In this document: positions 34,514-43,872 of the stretch, in pieces
Numbering within the stretch: position 1 is the first letter of the stretch
How the letters are laid out: each line of letters begins with the position of its first letter
Assembly: GCA_963785305.1 (NCBI GenBank)
Contig: CAWAUV010000009.1
Coordinates: 288,001 to 352,000 of the forward strand
DNA: 64,000 nucleotides
Direction: 5' to 3'
Source of the DNA: an uncultured Planctomycetaceae bacterium
Lineage (GTDB): Bacteria; Planctomycetota; Planctomycetia; Pirellulales; PALSA-1355
Program-made: the position numbers and the translations under genes
Notes under the pieces: generated by a model
What the model saw: the letters and a program-made list of their open reading frames with translations, nothing else
Told to the model about the DNA's origin: nothing
The model's database searches: none

Positions 34514-35976
34514 TTCAAGTTTCGCGTTTTTTGCTAGCAAGCGGCGCGGGTATTATGCGGCGATTGCCAGGATATTCTCGACCAACTGGATGATTTTTCG
34601 ACTTCCTGGTCCTTGTGGCGCCCACGCGGAAATGGATTCTTTCAGGCTACACCGACGTAGCGTCGCCAACATGTCGGCGAATGATTCGTGAGTCTTGGTC
34701 GTGTACCACGGCCGCAATAGTTGACGGTAATGACGATGACCTTCGCGACAGTACCAGCACACGATCAAGCTATACAGCAGCATCGCCATCGGCGCCGTGC
34801 GCTCGACGGCCTGGCGAGTCCAACCTTGCGGCTCTTCGAAGCCCAAGTGCTGCTTGCTTTCGCGGAATGTGACTTCCACGCTCCACCGCATCGCATACCA
34901 AGTCAGCACCTGCTCGGCCGTGGCGTCGACGCGCGTCGAGTAAAAAGCTTCGCGACCACGACCGCCGGCCAACGCCTCCACGGCCACCACCCGCAACGCG
35001 CGCTCCGGCAACGCGAAGACGCGCCCCACCGCTTCGCACAGCCGGGCCAACTCATGGCGGCCATAGATATGAAGCTCCACTCGCCGGGCACGCTCGTCGA
35101 GCATTCGCTCGGGCGTGGGAAGCTGGGCGCCACGCTTGCGCGGGCGTCCTTTCCGTCCAGACTGCGCCGCCTGGGGCGCGTCGAACAACCGAGCGTCCAG
35201 CCGCAAGCGGCTGGTCAAGTCGCAGTTGGTCGGCAGTTGGCCCAGCACGCTCTGCCCGCCATAGGCGGAGTCCGCCACCACATGAAATCGCCGATTCGCC
35301 CGGTGTTTGCAGAGAATTCGCAGCAACTCCACCGCCAACTCGGGCTTGCTGCGATAGACGCGACGTTCTTTCGCCGCCCGTTTCTTGTTCAGATACAAGC
35401 GAAACAAGATCGGCAGGCTGAAAGGTCGCTCGGGCCACAAGGGAAAGCGGACCACCACGCACAGCACGACCCAACAGTGCCCCCAATTGGTCACCACATG
35501 GCTGCGGCTGGAGAGCAGCGGATCGTGATGCATCCCGGTCCCGAACATTTTCAGTCCACGCTTGCGGGCCAATGTGTCGTCGAGCGCGAGCAGCACGCCT
35601 TCGCCACACAACGACTCGATCAGTCGAAAGACAGCCAGCCCCAACGCATCGCGAGACCAGTTGGCTTCCGAGAAAAAACGATGAAACGCGGAATGATGCC
35701 GCTGGCCAGACACGCCGGCCGCCAGCAGCAGATTCGTCACGGTGCGCCGCGGCGCGAACACCCAGCCCGTGGCGAGGACCACAAAATTCTGGAACGTCGG
35801 CTCGGTCATGACGACAGCCAACTCTTGCAACAAAACCGCAAACGAGCTAACAAGATTCATGTGAGCCTCCCGAGCGAAGCAGTGCTTGAACAACACCTGC
35901 ATCGTGAGGGAGGCTCACCCTGTTTTTCAATCCCCGCTACGGTCGGGGTCCGCTAGCAAAAAACGCGAAACTTGAA
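34514..35976 (-). mobile_element. IS701-like insertion sequence
   Basis: Perfect 25-bp TIRs TTCAAGTTTCGCGTTTTTTGCTAGC (34514..34538; 35952..35976); near-duplicate flanks CTTGG/CTTAG. Confidence 0.88.
34553..35860 (-). CDS. IS701-like DDE transposase
   Basis: LALDDTL, VVADSAYG, YAMRWSVEVTFRESKQHLG; GGAGG upstream of ATG. Confidence 0.88.
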   Translation of the reverse strand: MNLVSSFAVLLQELAVVMTEPTFQNFVVLATGWVFAPRRTVTNLLLAAGVSGQRHHSAFHRFFSEANWSRDALGLAVFRLIESLCGEGVLLALDDTLARKRGLKMFGTGMHHDPLLSSRSHVVTNWGHCWVVLCVVVRFPLWPERPFSLPILFRLYLNKKRAAKERRVYRSKPELAVELLRILCKHRANRRFHVVADSAYGGQSVLGQLPTNCDLTSRLRLDARLFDAPQAAQSGRKGRPRKRGAQLPTPERMLDERARRVELHIYGRHELARLCEAVGRVFALPERALRVVAVEALAGGRGREAFYSTRVDATAEQVLTWYAMRWSVEVTFRESKQHLGFEEPQGWTRQAVERTAPMAMLLYSLIVCWYCREGHRHYRQLLRPWYTTKTHESFADMLATLRRCSLKESISAWAPQGPGSRKIIQLVENILAIAA

Positions 35977-36440
35977 CTTAGAGCCTACCCGACAACCCGA
36001 TGCCAGCATTGAAATGCCGGCAAAAACGCGCGCTTTCATCGGTTCTCGGATAGGCTCTTAATCGCCGATGTTACGATTTTCCGCGATCGGATGGGTAGAT
36101 CGCCTTTCCGCTCGGCAAATTTATAAAATATCTTCGACATGAAACCAAGGAATCGTTGGATGCTCGACCACAACACTAATTTACTGCCGATTTCAATACA
36201 GTGGCTGTTAATTGCGACCGCGTACATGTGGCTTCTTAAAAGGTGCGTCCACTCGACATTTTGTCGCGATGTTCCCCGTGACGGTTATCTTAAAACGGCG
36301 GAGTTCTTTGCTGTTGGCTGTGCAATTGCGCTTTTTTGCTTTTGGGACATGAGAACGCTTGCAGGTACTATTGGATTTGTGATCTTATATACTTGCTCTG
36401 TCTTCGGCGTCGCGTGCGTCACAACATGGCATTTAATACA

Positions 36441-37977
36441 GTAACTGTTAAGCATTTCCTCTTTCCCGAAATTGGGTTTTCGGTCACATTGATTGGATCA
36501 TGGATGATCGAGATCGACGGATCGCCGAGTTGGAAGCGGAAATCGCCCGGTTGCAGGCGGAGAACGGAACGCTGCGCAAGCGCGTCGAGCAACTCGAACA
36601 GCAAGTCCAAAAGTTTTTGCAGCGGCGCAAGAAAACCCGCTCGGCCAGCGATGCGCGGCGTGGCGAACAGGATCGCCGCCGCAAGCAGTTTCGCAAACAT
36701 CCGGGCAGCTTTCGTCCAGGGCCGCCGCCCGGCACGGTATTCATCGAACACGATGTGCATCCGCGAGAGTGTCCGCACTGTGGCGGCCGCGATCTGACCG
36801 CCACCGGCGAGTTCGAAGACCATGAGATGGCGGAGATTCCAGAGCCCAAGCTCGAATGGCATCGGTATCGCCGTCATACCTATCGTTGTGAACATTGCCA
36901 AGCCACCTGCCAAGGACGCGGCGACTTGGAACTGCCCGGCGCCCACATCGGGCCACGCGCGCGCTTGTTGGTCTGCTACGCGCGGGTTCACCTGGGCATC
37001 TCGCTCGGCAAAACGCAACACTTGCTGAAAGACTTCTTTGGTCTTTCGGCCAGCCGGGCCGGATTGCTCGGCCATTTGCGTTGGGGCGGCACTTTGTTCG
37101 AGCCGGTGGTCGACAAACTCTGGGAACTCTTGCGCAATTCGCCGGTCGTGCAAGGCGATGAGACCGGCTGGCGGATCGATGGCCAGCCCGTTTGGGCCTG
37201 GTGTTTTCGAGACACGCGCTTGGCATTGTTCCTGATCGATCGTCATCGCAATCGGGCCGTGCTCGAGCGAGCGTTGGGCACATCGTTCGCGGGCACGCTG
37301 GTCAGCGATTTTTATGCGGTCTACAACCGGCTCGACTGCCGCAAACAGCGCTGCTTGGTCCATTTGCTTCGCGAGTTGCACAAGCTGCGCGAGACGTTGC
37401 CGGCGGCGAGCGTGCGGGCCTTCATCCAGCCGTTGATCACGCTGTTTCAAGACGCGATCCGGTTGGGCCACGAGCGCAAGTCGCTCGGCAAAAAAGCTTT
37501 CAACGCGGCCCGACACGAGATTCAAAACCGTTTCGACACGTTGATCCTCGAGACGCGCGTGCGGCATCGCGAATGTTTGCGAATCTGGCGGCGGCTGTTC
37601 AAGCACTCGGACGAATTGTTCACCTTCCTCGACGATGCGAATGTTCCGGCCGACAACAACGGAACCGAACGCGACATCCGAAGCCTGGCGGCGGCGAGGA
37701 ATGATGGCGGCACGCATCGGACCGAATGGAGCGCGGCGGCGTTCGCCCGAATCAAGAGCGTGATCGCGACCGGCGCGAAAAACGGTTTGAGCTTCGCAAG
37801 GTATGGAATCGAAGTCGTGCGCGCTAAATTGCAAGGCAAGACCCTGCCGCTGCCGATCACCAATAGCAGTTAAAACATCCGCCACGCGACCCATCCCCGG
37901 AAACCCCTCGCCCGCGATCCCCGCCAATATCGCCACCGCCCCCCCGCGCCCAGGCCACGCCACGGCTTAACAGTTAC
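36441..37977 (+). mobile_element. IS66-family element (single-ORF, ISBst12-like)
   Basis: TIRs GTAACTGTTAAGC / GCTTAACAGTTAC; perfect 8-bp TSD TTAATACA (36433..36440, 37978..37985). Confidence 0.95.
36500..37873 (+). CDS. IS66 transposase (TnpC-like)
   Basis: Coiled coil, CPHCG..CEHC zinc finger, GDETGWR, LVSDFYAVY, QRCLVHLLR, DNNGTERDIR. Confidence 0.93.
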   Translation: MDDRDRRIAELEAEIARLQAENGTLRKRVEQLEQQVQKFLQRRKKTRSASDARRGEQDRRRKQFRKHPGSFRPGPPPGTVFIEHDVHPRECPHCGGRDLTATGEFEDHEMAEIPEPKLEWHRYRRHTYRCEHCQATCQGRGDLELPGAHIGPRARLLVCYARVHLGISLGKTQHLLKDFFGLSASRAGLLGHLRWGGTLFEPVVDKLWELLRNSPVVQGDETGWRIDGQPVWAWCFRDTRLALFLIDRHRNRAVLERALGTSFAGTLVSDFYAVYNRLDCRKQRCLVHLLRELHKLRETLPAASVRAFIQPLITLFQDAIRLGHERKSLGKKAFNAARHEIQNRFDTLILETRVRHRECLRIWRRLFKHSDELFTFLDDANVPADNNGTERDIRSLAAARNDGGTHRTEWSAAAFARIKSVIATGAKNGLSFARYGIEVVRAKLQGKTLPLPITNSS

Positions 37978-38430
37978 TTAATACAAGCCCACCGAGGTGC
38001 GCACGATTTTGGTACCGCGAGCCATTCGATACGCCGAGCACATTATGCTTTTTTCTTGTCGGGCGCACTTTTCGTATGCGCATTAGGCATTGGTGTGCTT
38101 GTAGCTTCTACTGCACAATTGTGCCGGACGCAACAATAGAGACATAACTCGCATTTATGGGCAAGTTTCCGATTATGCATGAAGACCCGATAAAAGACAA
38201 AAAATGGTCGTATCTTGGCATGCGGCCGATCCGACCGACGCCTGCTTCGCCCAGGTCATGCTCAGCGGCTCGGGCGCCGTGGCGCATGTTCCGATGCAGC
38301 CCGGCCCCGGCGGCGCGGTTCGGCCCGGTTGGTTCACCAATCTTTATAGCTTCGACCTGCTCGACGACAAGATCGAACAAGACCTCGACGCCACCGGCTC
38401 GACGCCCTCGGCGAATTCAAAGGGGTCAGG

Positions 38431-40364
38431 GTGCGCCGGCGCGAAGCCGGAGGAGAGTAGCGAATGAAAGAGTCGCACGAGGCAAGGCCTAGCCAGCCAC
38501 CTCGGCCTCGAGTGATGCGTCGTGTCGGGCAACTGGCAGGGCGAAGCGTTCACAGAGGCACGGCCGGGCGGTGTATCGAGCTCCGAAAACATTCTTTTGC
38601 GGTGGCCGACCTTGTCCTGACCCCGTCGCTCGATACATGCGGGAAGGCAACAGTGATGTCGAACGATCATGGCGAGTCCGACGTCTCCCCCACGGAGTCT
38701 GAGACCACCCGCACGGCCGGAAACTTTTCTCGCGGAAGCCGGGAGATCCCGGGAACATCCGCTTCACCGGAAGCGGATCGGTCGGAGAAGGCGCGAGGCC
38801 ACAAGTCCGACATGCACGTTCCCGGGGAGTCAGACAGTTCCATAGTACCAAAGAAGCAGGCGAACAACGACAGCGTGCCGCTGTCGGCGGAGCCCGTGGA
38901 GGGAAGGGAGCTGACCGAGGAGAACGCCGAGCAGTCGCTACTGGACCGGACACAGCGCCGGGCTCCCAGGTCGCGCGGACTGCTGGGCGTGCGAGAAGCG
39001 GCACAACGCGACAAGAAGATGCGGTTCAACAATCTGCTGAACCATGTCACGCCCGAACTGCTGGTGGCGAGTTTCTTCGACCTGAAGAAGCAAGCCGCCC
39101 GGCGTCGATGGCCTGACATGGGCTCAATACGCCACCGATTTCGAAACGCGGATCGACGATCCGCACAGTCGAATCCATCGGGGAGCCTATCGAGCCAGGC
39201 CGTCCAAGCGAACTTGGATTCCCAAGCTCGACGGCAAGCCGCGGCCCCTCGGGATCGCGGCGCTGGAGGACAAGATCGTCCAGCAAGCCGTACGGACGAT
39301 CCTGGAGTGCATCTACGAAGAGGACTTTCTGGGTTTCAGTTACGGCTTTCGTCCTGGACGAAGCTGTCACCGAGCCTTGGACGCGCTCTACGTGGGCATC
39401 AAGAAGCGGAAAGTGAACTGGATTTTGGATGCGGACATCCGCGGCTTCTTCGACAACATCGACCACGCATGGTTGATGAAGTTCCTGGAGCATCGGATCG
39501 CCGACCGACGACTGCTTCGGCTGCTGAAGAAATGGCTTCGAGCCGGAGTGTCGGAAGATGGCGAATGGTCCCCGAGCACCGTGGGAACACCTCAAGGAGC
39601 GGTGATTTCGCCGCTCTATTCGAACGTGTTCTTGCACTATGTTCTGGACCTGTGGCTGGTGGCGTGGCGGAAACGCCATGCCGTGGGCGAGGTCATCATC
39701 GTGCGCTATGCGGACGATTTCGTAGTCGGATTCCGCGAGGAGTCCGACGCGCGACGCTGCCTGGCGGCGCTCCGGGAACGCTTCACCAAATTCGGTTTGG
39801 AACCGCACCCGGAGAAGACGCGGCTGATCGAGTTCGGACGCTATGCGGCCGAACGACGATCGAAGCGTGGCGATGGCCCACCGGAGACATTCGACTTCCT
39901 GGGCTTCACCCACATCAGTGGCGTGACCCGGAAGGGCGAATTCACCATTCGCCGCATCTCATCGGCCAAGAAGTTTCGTGGCAAACTGCGCGAACTGAAA
40001 GAAGCGCTGCGCGGGAAAATGCACATGGACTTGGCGCAAGTCGGGCCATGGATATCGAGCGTTTACCGGGGATGGCTCAATTACCATGCGATTCCCGGCA
40101 ACTCGGTGCGATTGCAACAATTCCGCACGGCGCTCCAGAAACTCTGGCTCCGCATGCTGCGGCGACGCAGCCAACGCGGACGCCGGATGACCTGGCGGAA
40201 GTTCTCGCAGCTTTGCAAACGATGGCTTCCCACCCCGAAAATCCTGCATCCTTATCCCGAAGTGCGGTTTGATCGTTTGTATCCAAGGTAGGAGCCGTAT
40301 GCGGTAGTTCCGCACGTACGGATCTGTGCGGGGGGTGGCCCGAAAGGGCCATCCCTACCGCGAT
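38431..40364 (+). mobile_element. Group II intron (bacterial class E-like, no endonuclease domain)
   Basis: 5' GTGCG at 38431; domain V GAGCCGTATGCGGTAGTTCCGCACGTACGGATC at ~40292; domain VI with bulged A ending CGCGAT at 40364; exons rejoin into an intact repeat. Confidence 0.92.
38812..40291 (+). CDS. ltrA: Intron-encoded reverse transcriptase/maturase (frameshift near 39097)
   Basis: RFNNLLNHV, PGVDG, RPLGIAALEDKIVQ, FSYGFRPGR, DADIRGFFD, GTPQGAVISP, RYADD, domain X GWLNYH. Confidence 0.92.
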
Positions 40365-40372
40365 ACTCATTG

Positions 40373-40720
40373 TTTGGTGTAGGGTCGGGAGCCGTATCGG
40401 AAAAATGCACTTGCGGACAACCACGAGGTCGTAGGGTCGAGGTCAGCCGCGGGCGCCTTACCGTCGCTTCGGTCCAAGTCGGCTCGCCGAAGGGAGTCCC
40501 TCGCGGGGCGCCGCGGCGAGCTCTCGTTCCGTCAGCGGCGCCAGTGGCTGGGCATCAACTGGTAAGAGAACAAGTCGACGGCGTGCCGCGCGAGCCCTTC
40601 ACCGAGCACGTGCTCGAAGGCTTCGTAATGCGCGTCGTTGCGGAATATCGTGGCCCGGGAGGTCGCACGATTCAGGGCCTGGTAGACGCCGCCAGCTTCG
40701 TCGCCTCGTGGCATCTCCGC
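40373..40720 (-). pseudogene. RAYT (Y1/HUH transposase) remnant with central deletion
   Basis: GGVYQALNR...YEAFEHVLGE...LMPSHW joined to PLTERELAA..RGTPFGEPTW..LTSTLRPRG, homologous to both ends of 41882..42559. Confidence 0.8.
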
Positions 40721-40803
40721 CAGCCTACCAACAACCGCCAGCAAAATCAATGAGGCCTGACCCCTTTGATTTATCCGACGACGTTTTCAGGAGGGAAAGA
40801 CCC

Positions 40804-41727
40804 TTAGCGAAGCGATTTCTCGATAATTTTACGCCTGGCTGCTGATATTTGGTTTTTATCATTTGCAAGAAACGCTTTTGTTTGCAAAACATGTTTCCGT
40901 GCACATTCTCTAATAAGTGCAACGTTGACAGGCGTATCCAACGACGAATCTTCGTCCCCTAAAACACAATCAAATGCGCCTCGGAATGATGGCTCGGTTT
41001 CATCATTATGCAGCACATAGATCATCCTAGGAATTCCAGGGCAATTAGCCATCGCGGCCATTTGTTTCTTCATTTTATTCGTCATTTGAACTTTATTTCT
41101 GGATGCCAATTTATAAAGCCGGTCTATAACAAACGCCAATCTAGTTGGCGCTATGCGACCGCCGTCAGTGTAAGCATACCATTTCTCGAGAGTAACAATC
41201 GAAGTGGAGTCTATAATTACAGCAAAGTTTGGATTATTCTTAGCCACGCCTGACCGAGCGCAGTTATCAAGATCGGCAAATACGCTATCAGTGGGGGCCG
41301 CGTTTTCAATCTCTTTGAACATGTCATCGTAAAATACCGCAGATATGTCGTTGGGGCGGCCAAGCAAAGAATCGAAGGCCACCGAAAGTGCTCTCGTTGG
41401 ATCATGGTGCTTTATGCAATAGAACGCAGCAGCTACGAGAATAGGTCGCAGTTCTTGGAACCTCATTTCTTCCCAAAGAGCACTTTGTTCTGGTTGGTTT
41501 ATGCTTTGAAATATTCGCGATTTCATCAGAAAGTCATAACCGAAACCCTCCTTGGGCAAACAAATTGATTCGAGATCTTTCTCGAGATCAGTCCATGATT
41601 CGATTCCGGCTACTTGATCTCGGCAAAATACGAACGCGGACGATGCAATTCCAGCAATTGAAATTGGAATGAACCACCAAATCGCCATTTTGCGCAAGAT
41701 AGGCATGAAAGTAGTTTTCGTCGTCAT
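40804..41727 (-). CDS. AT-rich hypothetical protein with N-terminal TM/signal (possible orphan immunity protein)
   Basis: Long uninterrupted ORF in AT-rich DNA, AAGGA RBS, ATGA overlap with an upstream truncated frame. Confidence 0.7.
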   Translation of the reverse strand: MTTKTTFMPILRKMAIWWFIPISIAGIASSAFVFCRDQVAGIESWTDLEKDLESICLPKEGFGYDFLMKSRIFQSINQPEQSALWEEMRFQELRPILVAAAFYCIKHHDPTRALSVAFDSLLGRPNDISAVFYDDMFKEIENAAPTDSVFADLDNCARSGVAKNNPNFAVIIDSTSIVTLEKWYAYTDGGRIAPTRLAFVIDRLYKLASRNKVQMTNKMKKQMAAMANCPGIPRMIYVLHNDETEPSFRGAFDCVLGDEDSSLDTPVNVALIRECARKHVLQTKAFLANDKNQISAARRKIIEKSLR

Positions 41728-41836
41728 ACTTTTCCTTGCTTCGTGCATATTGTGCCCCCTGGACCTAATTGATCTGCTGGGGAAAAAGTGAAATTTACTA
41801 GTCCAGACTGTGCGTGCTCGCCAACTTTTTGTTTAT

Positions 41837-41870
41837 CGGAGCAATAAAGGGGACGGAGCAATAAAGGGGA
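41837..41870. repeat. Tandem 17-mer x2 at the RAYT left end
   Basis: CGGAGCAATAAAGGGGA repeated twice, running into the inverted repeat. Confidence 0.9.
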
Positions 41871-41882
41871 CGCGAGTCGAAT
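41863..41882. repeat. RAYT left terminal inverted repeat
   Basis: AAAGGGGACGCGAGTCGAAT; reverse complement at 43989..44008 (perfect) and 43826..43845 (1 mismatch). Confidence 0.9.
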
Positions 41883-42559
41883 CAGGGGTCCGTTTTCTTG
41901 GGACGGCCGCGGGGACGAAGCGTCGATTGCAATCCGAGGCGGTTGGCGATGGTCTGGCGCCACTCGGGATTGCCGAAGGGGCTGCCGCGAATGACCGCGC
42001 GCCGCACCGCGTCGAGTTCCGCTTCCGTCTCGGGTCGATTCACCAAGTCCGCCCAGTTCCGAGGACGCGGCAGCGGCCAACGCGCCAACAGCCTTTTCGC
42101 TTCGGCGTTGCCCGAAACGTGGCGCCACAGGCTGGACCAACGCCAGGCTTCCGCCCGCGCCACCAGACCGGCCCGCAAGGCGTTTCGTTCGACATATCGC
42201 GCAAGCGCATAGAAATGGTCGTCATCGTCGACGGGAAAAGCCTTGAAGCGACCTTGATATAAGTGCCCGGTCCCGGAGGTGTGGTGGCGCGCGTGCCAAC
42301 GCATCGTGTGCGTGTGGGCCAAGCAGCGCAAGAACGCCGTCAGTTGGCCTTCCTTGGTCGGCCGCAACACGAAATGCCAATGGTTCGGCATCACGCAGTA
42401 GGCCAGCAGGTCAACCGGAAACTTTTCCCAGGCCTCGCCCAACACGCGCTCGAAGGCCTCGTAATCCGCTTCCGTTTGAAACAGCGGCAAGCGGGCCACC
42501 GCGCGGTTTAGCGCATGGTAAATCAATCCCTTCGGCGCATGACGAGCAATCCGCGGCAT
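41882..42559 (-). CDS. REP-associated tyrosine transposase (RAYT, Y1/HUH family)
   Basis: YHALNRA, YCVMPNHWH (HUH), GHLYQGRFK, YVERNALRAGLV (catalytic Tyr), WRWSS; intact 225 aa. Confidence 0.9.
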   Translation of the reverse strand: MPRIARHAPKGLIYHALNRAVARLPLFQTEADYEAFERVLGEAWEKFPVDLLAYCVMPNHWHFVLRPTKEGQLTAFLRCLAHTHTMRWHARHHTSGTGHLYQGRFKAFPVDDDDHFYALARYVERNALRAGLVARAEAWRWSSLWRHVSGNAEAKRLLARWPLPRPRNWADLVNRPETEAELDAVRRAVIRGSPFGNPEWRQTIANRLGLQSTLRPRGRPKKTDP

Positions 42560-42565
42560 GCCCTA

Positions 42566-43796
42566 GTGCTCTGTCAGGTCTGGTATGAGGGATAGAGTGG
42601 CTTAAGTTTTACCCGGGCGTCGGCGGTGGTGAATCGCCAATCGATTTTGCTGCAATTCTGGTTGCGTTGCTGTTCCCAGGCCACCACTTCTCGGCTCAGT
42701 AGCGATTTGCTTTCGATGCGGCGGTCGAGGCATTGTCGCGAAAGCACGCTCAGTTCGGTCTCCGCCATGTTGAGCCAACTGCCGTGCTTGGGAGTGTAGT
42801 GAATCTCCAGCCGCGCGGCCAAGGCGCGGGCCGTCTCCGGATCAAAGGCTTCATACAAGCTGGCGATGCCGTGGGTATTCAGATTGTCCATGACCAGCAC
42901 CAGCACCGTTGCCTTGGCATACACGGTCAGTAGCAAGTAGCGAATGAATCGAGCCCAATCGGTGCGCAGTCCGTTGATCGGTGACTTGCACCGTGCGTTG
43001 GCCCGCCAGCGGTTCGACGGCCATAAAGATGTTCGCCGTGCCACGGCGTTCGTATTCACTGTCGAATTTGGCAACGTCTCCGGGACGCGGTGGCAGCGGA
43101 TCGCGGACTTCGGCCACCAACTGCTTGCTGCATTCATCCATGCAGACCATGGGCCGGCTGGGATCCTGGGGGCGATGGTACACTTCCAACACATCTTCCA
43201 TCGCGGCCACGAATTCAGCCGATGGCCCACTGGGCAGGCGCCAGCCCTTCTTCAACCACGGCTTAAGTTCGTTTTTTTGAGCGTTTGCCGCACGGTCTCG
43301 TAAGAGACGTGCTCCACGTAATCCAGCGTCACCATGCGATCCGCCAACAGCCGCAACGTCCAGCGTGCTCGGCCTTGCGGCGGAGCGCCGCAGGCCAAAG
43401 CCACCAAATGCGCCTCCGCCTTGCCATCAAGCAGAGGCTGGTAAACTCGCTTTCGAGGCGGGGGATCGACCGCGATTTCAAGTCCCTCTTCGACGAACCG
43501 TTTCCGCAGCCGCTCCACGGTGGCCCGCCCGCATCCCAACGCCTCGACAATCTCCGGATCGGATTTGGCAGGTCCGCCATCCGATTGATCCGCCAGCAAC
43601 AACATGCGAGCCCGATTCAACTTTTGCGCCGCGCCCTTGCCCGTCGAAACCAACTTCCGCAATCCCCGCCGCTCATCCTCCGTCAACGTCACCCGATAAA
43701 ACTTTTCCATGGCGCCCTCCTTGGCATCGGAACATCGATCTTTCAACCAACCACGCCTAAAGAGTACCATCCATCGTGCCGTTGCTGACAGAGCAC
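42566..43796 (-). mobile_element. IS630-family element
   Basis: TIRs GTGCTCTGTCAG / CTGACAGAGCAC, TA duplication (42564-42565, 43797-43798) within CTAG; empty site seen in the nearby duplicate. Confidence 0.93.
42574..43710 (-). CDS. IS630 transposase (OrfA/OrfB, -1 frameshift at A7C near 43275; extra frameshift near 42960)
   Basis: HTH RWTLRLLAD, LKK-NELKPW junction, CMDE, MDNLNTH, YTPKHGSWLNMAE. Confidence 0.9.
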
Positions 43797-43797
43797 T

Positions 43798-43826
43798 AGC
43801 TTAAGCCGGGACGGCCCAAACGTCAA
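43798..43826 (-). promoter_or_regulatory. Sigma70-like promoter of the RAYT gene (now displaced by IS630)
   Basis: TTGACG-17 bp-TAAGCT on the minus strand; 5-6 nt from ATG in the IS-free allele; second copy at 43961..43989. Confidence 0.65.
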
Positions 43827-43833
43827 TTTGACT

Positions 43834-43871
43834 CGCGTCCCCTTTTCCAGGCCGCGTCCCCTTTTCCAGGC
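43834..43871. repeat. Tandem 19-mer x2 at the RAYT right end
   Basis: CGCGTCCCCTTTTCCAGGC repeated twice. Confidence 0.9.
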
Positions 43872-43872
43872 C

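Larger units (their letters stand above)
34255..36061 (+). pseudogene. Secreted hypothetical protein interrupted by the IS701-like element
   Basis: AAGGA RBS, signal-like N-terminus; removing the IS gives ...FFLRGL-EPTRQPDASIEMPAKTRAFIGSRIGS* ending at 36061. Confidence 0.45.
36139..38139 (+). pseudogene. AT-rich multi-TM membrane protein (~150 aa) split by IS66
   Basis: Removing IS66 and one TSD rejoins ...TTWHLIQ-AHRGAHDFGTASHSIRRAHYAFFLSGALFVCALGIGVLVASTAQLCRTQQ* in frame. Confidence 0.65.
38417..40769 (-). mobile_element. Internally deleted RAYT element (mini-element) with 22-bp inverted ends; left end interrupted by the intron
   Basis: Left end TCAAAGGGGTCAGG^ACTCATTG (38417..38430 + 40365..40372), right end CAATGAGGCCTGACCCCTTTGA (40748..40769), 21/22 match; RAYT N- and C-terminal remnants between. 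Confidence 0.78.

Noticed and set aside
38464..40272. 602-aa ORF overlapping the RT
   Set aside because: Only the part up to ~39097 is RT N-terminus; the rest is off-frame read-through caused by the frameshift.
38812..40291. Retron, DGR or defence-type RT system
   Set aside because: Canonical group II intron boundaries, domains V/VI and maturase domain are present; no TR/VR pair, avd or msr-msd seen.
34146..41830. Integron cassette array
   Set aside because: No integron integrase and no recognisable attC (RYYYAAC...GTTRRRY) pairs around the orphan ORFs; orientations are mixed.
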